Source: an archaeon
GTDB lineage: Archaea > Iainarchaeota > Iainarchaeia > Iainarchaeales > CSSED10-239
Assembly: GCA_035400625.1 (NCBI GenBank)
Contig: DAOMZT010000002.1
Location: 137,649 to 201,648, forward strand
Direction: 5' to 3'
Length of the DNA stretch: 64,000 nucleotides
Numbering within the stretch: the stretch's first letter is position 1; each line of letters begins with the position of its first letter. Under the pieces are notes generated by a model that worked only from the letters and a program-made list of their open reading frames with translations, had not been told where the DNA came from and did not search any database. The position numbers were made by a program, and so were the translations under genes. Of this stretch, positions 28,839-37,422 are shown one piece after another.

Positions 28839-28911
28839 GGTCTATGCCGGGATTTGAACTCGGGCCCAAGGCTTCACAGGCCTTGATGCTAACCACTACA
28901 CTACATAGACC
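28839..28911 (-). tRNA. tRNA-His (anticodon GTG) with genome-encoded G-1
   Basis: The minus strand reads G(-1)-GTCTATG-TA-GTGT-AGTGGTTA-GCAT-C-AAGGC-CTGTGAA-GCCTT-GGGC-CCGAG-TTCAAAT-CCCGG-CATAGAC-C73. G-1 can pair with C73. There is one A:C mismatch in the T stem (52:62). It lies 48 nt upstream of hisS on the same strand. Confidence 0.85.
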
Positions 28912-28918
28912 ATTAATT

Positions 28919-29186
28919 TCATATTTTAGATATCACGATCTTGTCTGGAGTTATACTTACATTTACATAGTCATACAAACCAATAGATCTTCTAATACTT
29001 GATGGTATAAGAACTCTATTCTTCTTATCTGTAGAAATTGATTTAATGATGATGGGAACAAGAGTTTATTTTCTCTAGGATGACTAGAGCAGAATTTAGA
29101 TCATAGCTTACGCTATACTTGCTTGCTGTTGCAAACTTTGGAAGAAACACTCTCCCATAATCGTCTATCTTACAAATCTTGTTCAT
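28919..29186 (-). pseudogene. Tandem SpoVT/AbrB-like domains split over two frames (frameshifted gene or two mini-genes); absent from the ORF track
   Basis: ORF A is 29043..29186: ATG, MNKICKIDDYGRVFLPKFATASKYSVSYDLNSALVILEKINSCSHHH*. The second reading frame ends at 28919: (TLVPIII)KSISTDKKNRVLIPSSIRRSIGLYDYVNVSITPDKIVISKI*. It has no in-frame ATG/GTG/TTG after the TAA at 29066-29068. Both halves show the AbrB swapped-hairpin pattern (D..GR(V/I).(L/I)P ... (V/I)I(L/S)(E/K)(K)I). Confidence 0.45.
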
Positions 29187-29314
29187 ATTTCATCATTTTT
29201 AATATCTATAAATATATTAATGTTAAGAACATTTAAAAAGCGTTTCTGGGAAAAACCAACAGAACATTAAAAAACAGAATTAATTTAAAAATAAAAAAAC
29301 AGAGAAAAGAATTT

Positions 29315-29363
29315 AAAAATAAAAAAAGAAAAAGAAACCCAAGAAAAATCAATAGATTTTTCT
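29315..29363 (-). terminator. Hairpin plus oligo-U terminator downstream of the HU gene
   Basis: A 9-bp stem (agaaaaatc 29342-29350 / gatttttct 29355-29363). On the minus strand it is followed by TGGGTTTCTTTTTCTTTTTTTATTTTT. Confidence 0.5.
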
Positions 29364-29379
29364 TTGATAGTTGTTAAAC

Positions 29380-29649
29380 TTATAACATTTTCTTGAATTC
29401 CTTACTTACTTTGAATCCAACGCTTTTACTTGCTTTTATCTGGATTGTCTTTCCTGTTTGTGGGTTTATTCCTTTTCTTGCTGCTCTATTCTTTACTGCA
29501 AATGTACCAAAACCAACAAGTTGTAATTTCTTGTGTTTCTTAACTACAGCCTTTATTGCATCAAGTGTAAGGTTTAAGGTCTCCTCAATCTTTGACTTTG
29601 AAAGGTCTGATTTCTTTCCGATTTCTTCTATTAAAGTTTGTTTGTTCAT
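29380..29649 (-). CDS. hup: HU/IHF-family (bacterial-type histone-like) DNA-binding protein
   Basis: 89 aa. MNKQTLIEEI...LVGFGTFAVKNRAARKGINPQTGKTIQIKASKSVGFKVSK is the HU signature including the beta-arm RNPQTG. SD GGGGGT lies upstream of the ATG. Confidence 0.9.
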   Translation of the reverse strand: MNKQTLIEEIGKKSDLSKSKIEETLNLTLDAIKAVVKKHKKLQLVGFGTFAVKNRAARKGINPQTGKTIQIKASKSVGFKVSKEFKKML

Positions 29650-29736
29650 TTTTTACCCCCTTTTATATAATAAAAGATATATTATTTTGATACTAACTAT
29701 TTTTAAATATATCTGCATTTTTTGCTTTAAAATCGC

Positions 29737-29991
29737 TTATTTTCCGCCTTTTTCAGGAGTTTTTTCTTTTTTTTCTCCATCTTTTTCTATATATTTTTTC
29801 TTTGCTCCTGCCCATAGCTTCAAAGAATAATATAGAAATATAGCTGTAAAAACAAAAATTACAAGAAATATAATAAAAGACATATTCTTTTGATATGCTC
29901 CACAAATGCCTTTACAAGCAATTTGATTCCATATTACAAAAAATAACAATCCGAGTATCAACAATACAAAACTTGTTCTTTTCCAGTGCAT
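29737..29991 (-). CDS. Small membrane protein (2 TM), hypothetical
   Basis: ATG at 29991 (MHWKRTSFVLLILGLLFFVIW...); the ORF-track start at 30000 is GTG. Two hydrophobic helices and a Lys/Glu-rich tail. Confidence 0.5.
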   Translation of the reverse strand: MHWKRTSFVLLILGLLFFVIWNQIACKGICGAYQKNMSFIIFLVIFVFTAIFLYYSLKLWAGAKKKYIEKDGEKKEKTPEKGGK

Positions 29992-30012
29992 ATTTTTCAC
30001 AAATTAATAAAA

Positions 30013-30086
30013 TGGATCTATTGGGATTTGAACCCAAGTCGCAAGCTCCGCAAGCTTACATGCTATCCAGGCTACACCATAGATCC
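30013..30086 (-). tRNA. tRNA-Arg (anticodon GCG)
   Basis: The minus strand reads GGATCTA-TG-GTGT-AGCCTGGATA-GCAT-G-TAAGC-TTGCGGA-GCTTG-CGAC-TTGGG-TTCAAAT-CCCAA-TAGATCC-A. 74 nt, no encoded CCA. Confidence 0.88.
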
Positions 30087-30124
30087 CTATAAATAATATG
30101 AATCTAAATGGTTTAAAAAGAATA

Positions 30125-30469
30125 TTATCTCCCAAACCTTGCAGTACCCCAGATAAGTACAGATGTAAACCCATAAATCAAAAAGAAATATAATAAAAAC
30201 GCACCTGTTGCAATATAAAAATATTTAAATATAAAATATAACATAACACCTAACACAATAAATGTTAAAATACTATTACCAAATGCTGGTGCGACCATAC
30301 CATAAACAACAAAAGCAATAATAATCATAATAACATACTTAAGTATTGGAACTGCAGAAACAGCAAGTGGAACTGTAAAAATCACTAATAAAATTACAAT
30401 TAATATCTTCCAAATTAAGGAGGCATTTTTTAAAAATGGAATAAAGTTTAAAAATCCTTTAGTATTCAT
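30125..30469 (-). CDS. Small polytopic membrane protein (114 aa, ~4 TM), last gene of the giant-protein cluster
   Basis: Almost entirely hydrophobic. Its ATG overlaps the upstream stop by 1 nt (TAATG), suggesting translational coupling. Confidence 0.65.
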   Translation of the reverse strand: MNTKGFLNFIPFLKNASLIWKILIVILLVIFTVPLAVSAVPILKYVIMIIIAFVVYGMVAPAFGNSILTFIVLGVMLYFIFKYFYIATGAFLLYFFLIYGFTSVLIWGTARFGR

Positions 30470-30867
30470 TATCTTCTCCTCATTCTACTCATGGCTTGAC
30501 GTCTAGCAGCAAACAATTGTTCCATATCTACTTCTGATCCTTCATCACTCATTCGATAACCTTGACTTTGATTTCCAAGCATATCTTCAGGACTTGTGCC
30601 GCCTCCATGACCCTCTTGCATAGTTACAAAGAAGGTATCTACAAGAACAGAGCCAATACCTATTGTAATTAATATATATATGACATATATAGATCCAAAT
30701 ACTGGCCAGTAGAAAAATACTAAAACAATACAAACAATTACAATTGCTGTAATTGCTAGCCAATTTTTGGTTATTCTTTCTCTTACAAATATGATTATAA
30801 ATATTATAAATGCTAATTTTAATAAAAATGACATGTCGCTAAAAAAACCCAATATTGTAAAATCCAT
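30469..30867 (-). CDS. Small membrane protein (132 aa, ~3 TM) with charged C-terminal tail
   Basis: Three hydrophobic helices, then GHGGGTSPEDMLGNQSQGYRMSDEGSEVDMEQLFAARRQAMSRMRRR. It starts 12 nt after the stop of the 2178-aa gene. Confidence 0.65.
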   Translation of the reverse strand: MDFTILGFFSDMSFLLKLAFIIFIIIFVRERITKNWLAITAIVIVCIVLVFFYWPVFGSIYVIYILITIGIGSVLVDTFFVTMQEGHGGGTSPEDMLGNQSQGYRMSDEGSEVDMEQLFAARRQAMSRMRRR

Positions 30868-30879
30868 TTTTATTCTGCC

Positions 30880-33800
30880 TTATTTTATTATATCTGTTGT
30901 GGGGTTATCACTATTACCTAACACACCTGAATTTTCAATTATTTGATCTATTTGTTCTTGTGTAAAACCCACATTTTCATCAATCCATTTTATAGTTGTA
31001 ACTGTAAGTCCACTTCTAATACATGCATCATTATTTATATAATTTAAAAGACTATTTAAACTTACTGTGTTAGTGGTTAAATTTCCAACCCTTGTCATGC
31101 TTTTTATATTATCTGTTGTAGTTGAACCTTCTAAGTTTACTAAATAATAGATTTTTGATCCAGGGTTGTTACCACAACAATTTGAACCGCTATCACTTAA
31201 TACAAGATATATATCTGAAATGTTTTTTGCATAATAATTCATTGGCCAATACATCATTGTTTTTATTAATTTAATATTGTTATTATTGCCATAAACAGAT
31301 TCAAATTTCTTACCATCAATCATTGATTTTAAATAACTCCCTGCACTACTATAATATTGTCCATCTGCTAAAGTTTTGTTCTCATTGTTATAATCTTGCC
31401 ACACTAAAAAATTTGCAAATGCTATTGTAATATTTTGTGTTTCTCCTTTCCGTAATTTATAACTAAACCCAGAAACATTACTATTAACTACTTTTGCATA
31501 AAGTGGTATTGGATAACTTGGAGAGTATGTCATATCAATATTAAAAGATTGATCATCAGGGTCTATATTTGTAAGAATAAGATCTAACAACTTCCCTTCT
31601 GATCTTAGCGTATTTTTAAAATTGTCTGCATCATTTTGCAAAGTAATTATTGCCCTACTTTTGTTTTCATCATTGGCTGTTGGATATATAAAATATTCTT
31701 TTTGATCGCCTATCTGTACAGGCAAAGGTGTTTGTGAATCTTGTGTTAAAGAAGAGCCATAACCGACTCTTGCTGATCTTTTGTTTTGCTCATTACCAAC
31801 AATTCCTAAATCTCCATCTATAGGAATATAATATAATAAATTTCTCATAGTGTATGGCATTTCTCTTACTAATTCTAATTTTATATGTAGTGGTGTTGGT
31901 TTGCTTACAGAAAATTCCTCATTTATTGTTATTCTATATTTTCCTGGCTTTAGAGTTTTTACCTCATTACCTGAGCTATCTATTTCTATTTTTGACACTG
32001 TGAATTTATCTGCATTAATGTTTGCATCAGATAATAAATCATAATTATCCCAATTAGTATTTACTGCACCCATAAATTCATCATGATTTACAAAGTCAGA
32101 CAATAAGTCTTTTGTCACCCCATCGCTCATCAGATAAATATATTTGTTGTTTATACTTGTTCCTGATGTGTTAATTAAATTAAACACACTAAACAACATC
32201 TGTAAAGAATCACAATGCGTTTTAGTTTCATCATATCCTTCTAAAGTATTTTCTATACATTTTTCTTTCCAATTTGTTGAACCAGTCCAATCATATATTA
32301 TTTTTAGTTTTGCATTTTCTCCATTCTTACAATCATTAAGGTTTTCTGTATCACAATTTCCTAATATATAGAAATTATTTGATTCATCAATATTTATACC
32401 ACCAACCCCTAAACAAATATTTCCATACAAGCCATTTTCTCTTAGTAACTCTTGAAGATTTTGTAACCAAACAGATATTTTGAATTTTGTGTTTTTGATT
32501 GTGTCAAAGCTTTGACTTTGATTTATGCCAATTATCTTATATTCATATTTTATAGTCTTATTAATTTCTTTTTCTATTACTCTTATATATTCATTTGAAT
32601 TATTGCTCCCTTTTAATGAATCATAATTACCAATTACATTTAATGTTATCTTTTTAGTGTTATCTACGTTTTGTGAATCTATAGTAATTGGCAACTGTGG
32701 AGATGAAACATTTATTGATAGGTTATCATCTTGTTGCATATTAATGCTAGTTAAATTAAAATCATAGGTTCTAGTTTTATTTGTTGCAGAAACAATCATC
32801 TCAGATGTACAATTACTGCTTGTACAGTCCATTGTTTTTATTGTTGGCTGAGTAATAACAAATGCATCATTACTATCAAAAAGGCTTATTTTGGTTTCTA
32901 TAGTTTCTGTAAAAGTTATGCCATTTAGTGTATAGTTTATATTAATGGTTAGTGGCTCGTTTCTTAAATCTGGATTTATTATCTTGCTATTATTTAAATC
33001 AATTGTTATAAACAGTTGCTCAGAGGTGTTTGGAGCAATATTCAAATTATTAGAGGTTATTGTAATATAACCATTTAAGGATTCATTAATAATCGGAGTA
33101 ACATTTGCAAACAAAGGTTTATTAGAGCCATTTTCTATATTTAGATTAAAGTTCACACTTGAGTTTCTATTTTTTATCAGTTCAATAATTAAATCTTCTG
33201 TATCTTCTGTTGATACTTTTATTCCAGGTTTTGGCAAATCCACATACGAGGTGTTCAAATTTAGATTAAAAAATAAATTTGTTTTAAATGGGGCATTAAG
33301 GTCTAATCTTATTGGCTGATTATTATAATTTCCTGCATTAATTATATTATGATAACCACCTGTAACTGAGGCAATATCACTATCTTGTGTGGTATCTTCA
33401 GTTAAAGGAACTGATGGACCTTTTGGATCTTGTGGTGGCGTAGAACCATTTCCATTTGGCAAATCCAATATTGAAATTCTTGTTTTTATTTCTTTATTTA
33501 AGTCTGACAAATATAATGGGATGTTATTCTCTGTATATATGTAGTTGTTAATATCCTGATAATCTAAATATTGAGTAGGATTAGGATAAGGATCAGCAGC
33601 AATCAGCCATCCATAGACTTGATTTGTTCCTTTTATATAATATTTCTTTAGATCCTTTGTAAACTTAAAATTTCCATTGTAGGTATATTTTCCAATATTA
33701 TAAACTATAGTGTTTCTTGAAGAAATTTCTGTTCCATTTTCTAAGAACAATCTATAATTTGATTTTACTTGCTTAGATATTGTAACAGTGTTATTTGAAA

Positions 33801-36800
33801 GACCATAATTTGCAGGGAACAAGAAACTAAAATAAATATTGTGTCCTAATTTTGTAAGTGGCAAAGATAAATTTTTATTTTCTAGCATTCCATTAGAATT
33901 TGTTGTTCCAAACACTATTGTTTGTGGAGAATTAACAACAGCTGATATTTTAACTCCAGATATTGGACTACCAGATATATTTCTAACCCTAAAACTAATA
34001 ATATTATCTCCTGCATATATATCATTATTTTCTGTTGTATCTCCAGTAATAATTTCTATTATTACATTAGCATCTGTTGGATAATATGCTAAAACAGGAA
34101 CAGAATACGGATTTAAACCAGAAATGTTTAGTATATCTGTAGTAATATTAGAATCTGTATTTAAATCATAACTTGTACTATCATTATTTGGCTGGTATAA
34201 TGTGGCACTAGCCATACCAACATTGTGTATAAGATTGTTATTTTGATGATTATTTTGGTTGTTATTATGTTGATTAAATCCACTAGGCGTATTATTAATA
34301 AAGAAATCTGTTGCTGAAATTACTGAGCTGTGATCTATTTGGGTTGCTAGGGTTGCATCTATATCATTTATTGTATAATTTATTGCATTAATACCTGTTG
34401 CATTAATGTCTGTTTGAGTATTATTAGAATGATTTCTTTTCTTAAATTTATATGCATTATATATTAGATGATTATATGTATTTACTGAGTTTGCAACAAC
34501 CGACCCATTTATTGTATTATTTTTCAAATATAATAATTTCTGAGAATAATAATAGTTCTTACCAATCTCTAATATATATTTGCTACCAAGTGGAGTTAAT
34601 TTTTGACCAACTGTGTTTGTGGGTAAATTATAATCATAAATATCATATAAGAACATATAATCAGAATTATTAAATGTTAATGCGCGACTGTGATAAGGAC
34701 TATAGAAATACCCGTCAGGAACCATATCACATTCTTGCCAAGAAGTACTCAAATTAGGGCTCAACTTATATTCATTATCTTTTGTCTCTGTTAGCCCCTT
34801 ATAATAAATTACATAATCAGAAAGATTTGTTATACCATTTTGGAATTTCACATCAACAAAGAATTCTATTTGTTCTGCAAGAGTGTCTGAAAAGTCAATT
34901 TTTACCCATTTAAAGCCAGAAGTTGATGCTGAACAATTTGTTTGAGAATGATCAATATCGTTATTTGCTAAGAAATGGGCAGGATCCCATACTGCCGTTT
35001 CTCCAGAGAAGTTACAGCCATATTCGTTTTCGCTATTAAATGCTATTACTTTTTCTAATCTTAAATAATCTGATGGTAAAGCAACTCTTTTCCCTGCCCT
35101 GACATAAGCATATGCACGATCTCTGTTCTCTTTTTTATTAGTTGTTAATTTAAACTTTAATTTAAAGGTCTTAGAATATTCTGTTGCTAGATTGATTATA
35201 TTTTTATCAATATTTCCACTTTCATCATATATACCTAATAATTCAATATTAGAAAACGCTTCTGTTCTGGTATTTGAAAGAGCGATGGTGCGATAAACTT
35301 TTTGTCCAGGAATAAGTGTAATTAAGCTTGTTTGATATGTGGATTTGCCATCTGCAGTAATTATTGCATATATGTTTTGAGAAAATTCATTAAATATATA
35401 TTCTTTGTTAGAATCTTGAGAGGTTCCAGCCACAACATAGTTTGTTATTTCGTCTCCATTAGATTTAAAGAAATAAATATTATAATCAATTGTAGGTGTT
35501 ACTTTAAGATTTAATATTGTTGCCTGATCTTCTAATTCCACATCTAGTTCCATAAATTCATTAGCATCTAATCTCTCAGTTTGTGAAATGCCCTGTTCTG
35601 GACTTTTAATTGCATAGGCATAATATTTTCTACCAGACCTAATAAATGAGAAATTACAATCTCCTGAACTATTTGTTATTTGTGGACCAGCAATTGGTAT
35701 ATCGTCGTCACCATCTCTGAAAATATATACACTTGCTCCAACTACATTGTATGCGCTTCTAGAAACATTAACTCCAATTTTACCAGTATTAAGTTCAGAT
35801 GAATATTCTAATGGCACAGTAATTGTTGCATTATTATCAAAACTATTCAAATTTATAATGTCAGGGGCAAAATAACCATAATTTTCTGTATTTGTTACAG
35901 AAATTCTATAAGTTACTGAACTAGCAACTGGCAAAGAAAATGTTGCTTTATTAGTATCTTCTCTTGTGCCTACAGCTTTAACTAAATTTGTATCTGTTCT
36001 TTTTGTATATATTGTGATATCCCCCCTTATTTCTCTTTCAGTATTGCCATTAGCATCTACTAAAACTACATTTAATGTCTTTCCACCAGTTGTTAATAAA
36101 ACATTTCCTGTTGTATTATTATTTATTGATACTTGGTATGGTCCAAATCTATCTAATGTAGAAACATAACCTTCTTTACTTGCAGAAACTGTATATGCTC
36201 CTGGAGTTAGGTTAGTAAACACATAAGTTCCATAAATGGTTGTTGTTCCTGAAGAAACAAATATGTTTGATTCGTTTATTTGCGTTGTTGGATCATCAGG
36301 CCTATATAATTGTAAATACACATCTGGAATTGCTACTTGTGTGTTTTGATCCTTTACTGTTATTTCTAAGGTTCCATAGTTTTGTGCTATTGGTGTTAGC
36401 ATAATTACATTACTTTCAGGAACCAATCTGTTTTGAATAGAATTGTAAAATTCAGAATAAACGTCAACTCTTAAATCTCCACAACCAGCTGGAACACTAA
36501 CAGATAATTGTCCTGTGCTTGTGCTTTTTGAACTAGGATCTGGTGTAGTGCCTGAATTTGCACAGCGTAAATTTACTCTTATTGGTTTTGTTGCTAAAAG
36601 TATATCATTTTCTTTAAAAACTAAATTTCTGGTTGTTGGGTTCATTAGATGTAATTTTAAATTAGTGTCTATTTCTAATTTCACTAAAACTGAATTATTT
36701 CTGCCTTTAAGTTTTAGTTCTTTTGTTTGAGTATTATAAGATTCTTTTTCTACAATTAATTTAACATTTTTTTTCTTCCCAAAATCTTCAAAGATTGCTT

Positions 36801-37416
36801 CTCCAAAGACTCCTGTTTGAGATGTTTTGTTTATATCTCCAATTGATAATATTGCTGTTGCTCCAGAAACTGGCATATCTAAAATATCAGTCACAGTAAC
36901 TTCCAATACTGGTGATCCCATAAGACCACTAAAAATTCCTGAAAAGAATATTAACCAAATTAAAGCAAATATAAATATTATAAATAAAATAAAGCTAGGA
37001 AATACTTTGTCTATTTTATCTACTAATTTTCCTATTGGTATAACTTTATTTATGCCATCGATCATAGAATAATAAAGATTTTCAAAAAAGAAATATATCT
37101 TCTTAAAGAAAGTAATTATTGGTAAAAAGATATTTTTCTTATCTTTTTTTGGAGCTACAAGTGATGGTTTTTCTTTAGTGTCTTCTTTTAAAGATTTAGA
37201 AATTTCTTTAAGAATCTTTTCTTTTTCTTCTGGTGTTGTTATTATTTTTTCTTCTTTTTGTTTATTATCATATAATTTATCAACTACTCTTTTGGCTACA
37301 TCCTTATCATAGCCATCAAAGATAATTAATTTCTCTAATTCCTCTTTTGAGAAGCGATTTTCTCTGCCTTTTAGCATATTGTAGATTTTCTCTACTTCTT
37401 CATCTTTTTCATTCAT
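30880..37416 (-). CDS. Giant membrane-anchored surface protein, paralogue P1 (2178 aa)
   Basis: ATG start. About 150 aa of charged N-terminus is followed by a single TM helix (SFILFIIFIFALIWLIFFSG). Several ~90-aa segments show a carboxypeptidase-regulatory/transthyretin-like pattern (LEVTVTDILDMPVSGATAIL..., GTLEITVKDQNTQVAIPDVYLQLY...YGTYVFTNLTPGAYTVSASKEGY). It is collinear with P2 over most of its length. The C-terminal ~520 aa (30880-32430) is shared with P2, P3 and P4. Confidence 0.9.
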   Translation of the reverse strand: MNEKDEEVEKIYNMLKGRENRFSKEELEKLIIFDGYDKDVAKRVVDKLYDNKQKEEKIITTPEEKEKILKEISKSLKEDTKEKPSLVAPKKDKKNIFLPIITFFKKIYFFFENLYYSMIDGINKVIPIGKLVDKIDKVFPSFILFIIFIFALIWLIFFSGIFSGLMGSPVLEVTVTDILDMPVSGATAILSIGDINKTSQTGVFGEAIFEDFGKKKNVKLIVEKESYNTQTKELKLKGRNNSVLVKLEIDTNLKLHLMNPTTRNLVFKENDILLATKPIRVNLRCANSGTTPDPSSKSTSTGQLSVSVPAGCGDLRVDVYSEFYNSIQNRLVPESNVIMLTPIAQNYGTLEITVKDQNTQVAIPDVYLQLYRPDDPTTQINESNIFVSSGTTTIYGTYVFTNLTPGAYTVSASKEGYVSTLDRFGPYQVSINNNTTGNVLLTTGGKTLNVVLVDANGNTEREIRGDITIYTKRTDTNLVKAVGTREDTNKATFSLPVASSVTYRISVTNTENYGYFAPDIINLNSFDNNATITVPLEYSSELNTGKIGVNVSRSAYNVVGASVYIFRDGDDDIPIAGPQITNSSGDCNFSFIRSGRKYYAYAIKSPEQGISQTERLDANEFMELDVELEDQATILNLKVTPTIDYNIYFFKSNGDEITNYVVAGTSQDSNKEYIFNEFSQNIYAIITADGKSTYQTSLITLIPGQKVYRTIALSNTRTEAFSNIELLGIYDESGNIDKNIINLATEYSKTFKLKFKLTTNKKENRDRAYAYVRAGKRVALPSDYLRLEKVIAFNSENEYGCNFSGETAVWDPAHFLANNDIDHSQTNCSASTSGFKWVKIDFSDTLAEQIEFFVDVKFQNGITNLSDYVIYYKGLTETKDNEYKLSPNLSTSWQECDMVPDGYFYSPYHSRALTFNNSDYMFLYDIYDYNLPTNTVGQKLTPLGSKYILEIGKNYYYSQKLLYLKNNTINGSVVANSVNTYNHLIYNAYKFKKRNHSNNTQTDINATGINAINYTINDIDATLATQIDHSSVISATDFFINNTPSGFNQHNNNQNNHQNNNLIHNVGMASATLYQPNNDSTSYDLNTDSNITTDILNISGLNPYSVPVLAYYPTDANVIIEIITGDTTENNDIYAGDNIISFRVRNISGSPISGVKISAVVNSPQTIVFGTTNSNGMLENKNLSLPLTKLGHNIYFSFLFPANYGLSNNTVTISKQVKSNYRLFLENGTEISSRNTIVYNIGKYTYNGNFKFTKDLKKYYIKGTNQVYGWLIAADPYPNPTQYLDYQDINNYIYTENNIPLYLSDLNKEIKTRISILDLPNGNGSTPPQDPKGPSVPLTEDTTQDSDIASVTGGYHNIINAGNYNNQPIRLDLNAPFKTNLFFNLNLNTSYVDLPKPGIKVSTEDTEDLIIELIKNRNSSVNFNLNIENGSNKPLFANVTPIINESLNGYITITSNNLNIAPNTSEQLFITIDLNNSKIINPDLRNEPLTININYTLNGITFTETIETKISLFDSNDAFVITQPTIKTMDCTSSNCTSEMIVSATNKTRTYDFNLTSINMQQDDNLSINVSSPQLPITIDSQNVDNTKKITLNVIGNYDSLKGSNNSNEYIRVIEKEINKTIKYEYKIIGINQSQSFDTIKNTKFKISVWLQNLQELLRENGLYGNICLGVGGINIDESNNFYILGNCDTENLNDCKNGENAKLKIIYDWTGSTNWKEKCIENTLEGYDETKTHCDSLQMLFSVFNLINTSGTSINNKYIYLMSDGVTKDLLSDFVNHDEFMGAVNTNWDNYDLLSDANINADKFTVSKIEIDSSGNEVKTLKPGKYRITINEEFSVSKPTPLHIKLELVREMPYTMRNLLYYIPIDGDLGIVGNEQNKRSARVGYGSSLTQDSQTPLPVQIGDQKEYFIYPTANDENKSRAIITLQNDADNFKNTLRSEGKLLDLILTNIDPDDQSFNIDMTYSPSYPIPLYAKVVNSNVSGFSYKLRKGETQNITIAFANFLVWQDYNNENKTLADGQYYSSAGSYLKSMIDGKKFESVYGNNNNIKLIKTMMYWPMNYYAKNISDIYLVLSDSGSNCCGNNPGSKIYYLVNLEGSTTTDNIKSMTRVGNLTTNTVSLNSLLNYINNDACIRSGLTVTTIKWIDENVGFTQEQIDQIIENSGVLGNSDNPTTDIIK

Positions 37417-37422
37417 AATCTA

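Noticed and set aside
28839-28911. tRNA-His as a possible pseudogene because of an A:C mismatch in the T stem
   Set aside because: The rest of the cloverleaf, the anticodon loop and the G-1:C73 identity element are intact, and a single mismatch is tolerated. I kept it as functional, with slightly lower confidence.
29393-30092. ORFs 29393..29830 (+) and 29895..30092 (+)
   Set aside because: The first is antisense to the HU gene and the small membrane gene. The second runs through tRNA-Arg.
34234-34278. Asn/Gln/His-rich tract (FNQHNNNQNNHQNNN) in P1 as a possible microsatellite or phase-variation tract
   Set aside because: It is an imperfect, codon-level low-complexity stretch rather than a homopolymer or perfect short tandem repeat, and such tracts are common in AT-rich genomes.
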